Origin: Terriglobia bacterium
GTDB taxonomy: Bacteria > Acidobacteriota > Polarisedimenticolia > Polarisedimenticolales > JAIQFR01
Assembly (NCBI GenBank): GCA_963748015.1
Contig: CAVVHE010000008.1
Location: forward strand, 64,001 to 128,000
Reading direction: 5' to 3'
DNA length: 64,000 bases
Position numbers and translations under genes: made by a program. Below are positions 61,933-64,000 of the stretch, piece by piece (position 1 is the stretch's first letter; the number at the start of each line of letters is the position of its first letter). Below the pieces are notes generated by a model, which was not told the DNA's origin, made no database searches, and saw only the letters and a program-made list of their open reading frames with translations.

Positions 61933-62102
61933 GCGAGCCCTCGTTCCGAATCCGGACCGCACTCCTGCGGCACGCTGCGGCGTTGCGCGGCTGAATTCGC
62001 CGCGCCGCCTTGCTCCGGTTTCCGAGCGGCCGTCTGCGGAAGAGACGACCGCTCGGAAACAGGGCCGCCGGAGTGCGGTCCGGATTCGGAACGAGGGCTC
62101 GC
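61933..62102. repeat. Palindromic intergenic element, family A, copy 3
   Basis: Perfect 33-bp arms (61933-61965 / 62070-62102), extending to 39 bp with 1 mismatch. The core closely matches the reverse complement of copy 1. Confidence 0.88.
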
Positions 62103-62139
62103 GGCATTACGGATTTGAGAGAGGCAGCCCGGAGGCACC

Positions 62140-62556
62140 ATGGCAATCGAGCAATTCGTCGCGAGTCGGTTGACGCAGGGGAACCACCTCTTCCCGACGG
62201 TGATCGAGGTGGGCGACACCTTCGTCGTCAAGCGCAGGCGCACGCTGCTCACGAAGAACGAGGTCAGCATTCACCTGCAGCGGGTCGCGTCGGTCCGGAT
62301 CGAGACGGGGATCCTCTGGTCCGACATCCTGATCGAGTCGTCGGGCGGCTCCGATCCGATCGCGAGCCACGGGCACCGCAAGGAGGACGCGATCCGCATC
62401 AAGGAGCTGATCGAGGACGCGCAGTCCAAGAACCTCGGCGGCCGGGCCCCCGCCGCCGAAGCGGGCGAGACGCGCGCCTGTCCTCATTGCGCCGAGACGA
62501 TCAAGGCCGCCGCGAAGGTCTGCCGGTACTGCGGAAAGACGGTCACGGACTCCTGA
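62140..62556 (+). CDS. Bacterial PH-domain protein with C-terminal zinc ribbon
   Basis: '[22 protein letters not shown]' and '[19 protein letters not shown]'. Confidence 0.8.
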   Translation: MAIEQFVASRLTQGNHLFPTVIEVGDTFVVKRRRTLLTKNEVSIHLQRVASVRIETGILWSDILIESSGGSDPIASHGHRKEDAIRIKELIEDAQSKNLGGRAPAAEAGETRACPHCAETIKAAAKVCRYCGKTVTDS

Positions 62557-62660
62557 CGCCGCCGGGTTCCTCGGCTACAATGCCCGCCCCCGATGAGCCG
62601 ACAGCCCCGAATCTCCGCGGTCGCGCCGCTCCTTCACCTCGAAGCCGAGGAGGGCATCCC

Positions 62661-64000
62661 ATGCGCTTCGTGTTCCCTCGCGTCGCCGGCCTCCTGGCCG
62701 CAGTGGCTCTCCTGATGCCGGGCGCCCCGGCGAACGCCGTCGAACGCTCGCAGGTTCCCGAGAAGTACACCTGGAACCTGAAGGACGTGTTCCAGGACGA
62801 GGCGGCCTGGAAGGCCGCCAAGGAGAGCGCGCAGAAACGGATCCCGGAGGTCGCGCGGCTCAAGGGCACCCTGGGCGGCTCGGCCGACGCGCTTTACCGG
62901 GCGCTGTCCGCGGTGATGGACCTCGACCGGGACCTCGGCGCCGTCCGCTCGTACGCGAGCTGGCAGAGGGACCAGGACACCCGTGTGAGCCGGAGCCAGG
63001 AGATGGTCCAGGAGGCGGACCACGCACTCGTGGACTTCCGCGCCGCGACCGCCTTCCTGCGCCCCGAGATCCTGGCGCTCGACCCGGCGAAGGTGCAGGC
63101 CTTCATCGGCGCCGATCCCCGGCTCGCCGACTACGCGTTCTTCCTCGACGACATCCTGCGGCGCAAGCCCCACACGCTCGGTCCCGACGAGGAGGGGATC
63201 GTGGCGCGCGCCGGCAACATGGCGAACGCCGGCGAGGCGGCCTACTCCATCTTCACCAACGCCGATTTCCCGTACCCCGAGGTGACGCTTTCGAGCGGGG
63301 AGAAGGTCCGGCTCGACGCCGCGGCGTACACGAAGTACCGCGCCTCGGCGATCCGCGCCGACCGCGAGAAGGTGTTCCGCGCCTTCTTCGCGCGCTACCG
63401 CGAGTTCGAGCGCACCCTCGGCACCACCCTGTACGCCGAGGTCAAGTCCCACGTCTTCTACCGGGACGTCCACAAGTTCGGCAGTTCGCTCGACGCGGCG
63501 CTGTTCGAGTACGCGATCCCCACCTCGGTCTACCGCCGGCTCGTCGCGGACGTCCACGCGAACCTGCCCACGCTCCACCGGTACCTGAAGCTCCGGGGGC
63601 GGATGATGGGCCTCCCGAAGCTCGGCTACGAGGATCTCTACGCGCCGATCGTGAAGGAGGTGGACCTGACCTTCACGCCGGAGCGGGCGATGGAGCTGAC
63701 CCTCGACGCGTTCGCGCCCCTCGGATCGGACTATGTCGAGACGCTGCGGAAGGGGTACGCCGGCCGCTGGGTGGACTTCATGCCGTCCACCGGGAAGCGG
63801 TCGGGGGCGTACAGCGAGACGGTCTACGGCGTTCACCCGTACCAGCTCCTGAACTTCATGGGAAGCTACGACGACGTCTCGACGCTGGCCCACGAGTCGG
63901 GCCACTCGATGCACTCTTACCTCTCCGACAAGAGCCAGCCGTACGTCCGCCACGACTACTCCACCTTCGTCGCCGAGGTGGCGTCGACGCTGAACGAGAG
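62661..64000 (+). CDS. pepF: Oligoendopeptidase F (M3B) with signal peptide; 3' truncated
   Basis: 'ERSQVPEKYTWNLKD', 'GKRSGAYS', 'TLAHESGHSMHSY' (HExxH), 'FVAEVASTLNE'. Confidence 0.93.
   Translation, partial: MRFVFPRVAGLLAAVALLMPGAPANAVERSQVPEKYTWNLKDVFQDEAAWKAAKESAQKRIPEVARLKGTLGGSADALYRALSAVMDLDRDLGAVRSYASWQRDQDTRVSRSQEMVQEADHALVDFRAATAFLRPEILALDPAKVQAFIGADPRLADYAFFLDDILRRKPHTLGPDEEGIVARAGNMANAGEAAYSIFTNADFPYPEVTLSSGEKVRLDAAAYTKYRASAIRADREKVFRAFFARYREFERTLGTTLYAEVKSHVFYRDVHKFGSSLDAALFEYAIPTSVYRRLVADVHANLPTLHRYLKLRGRMMGLPKLGYEDLYAPIVKEVDLTFTPERAMELTLDAFAPLGSDYVETLRKGYAGRWVDFMPSTGKRSGAYSETVYGVHPYQLLNFMGSYDDVSTLAHESGHSMHSYLSDKSQPYVRHDYSTFVAEVASTLNE

Noticed and set aside
1..64000. CRISPR array, integron attC array, tRNA/rRNA, transposase or integrase genes
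   Set aside because: No regularly spaced direct repeats, no RYYYAAC/GTTRRRY-bounded sites, no cloverleaf or rRNA signatures, and no recombinase motifs were seen by eye.

Overview
This is very GC-rich (~70% by eye) bacterial chromosomal DNA. The gene content tentatively resembles Acidobacteriota, but that is inference. There are about 40 protein-coding genes, mostly envelope or secreted functions: TolB/PD40 propellers, tricorn and other proteases, sulfatase-like enzymes, three GT-C/TMTC-like glycosyltransferases, RND and MacAB-type exporters, a secreted tetraheme cytochrome, and a cytochrome bd-like (CydA + c-heme) two-gene unit. Housekeeping enzymes include PPK2/PAP, FTCD, an old yellow enzyme, GlgP and PepF. 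No rRNA, tRNA, CRISPR array, integrase or transposase was seen. Many genes between 24.8 and 40.6 kb, and one at 55.6 kb, carry single-base frameshifts that look like long-read indel errors. The most unusual signals are: (1) two families of intergenic palindromic elements, each with long, self-complementary but copy-specific arms around a conserved core (family A cores show compensatory changes); (2) a sulfatase-like gene between 92-bp direct repeats that duplicate the 3' end of the neighbouring gene, an integration-like scar with no integrase in the window; (3) a shared 4-Cys '[DE]GSYGR' C-terminal domain on two unrelated secreted proteins, a candidate sorting signal; and (4) a pseudo-receiver-TM-TonB_C fusion.
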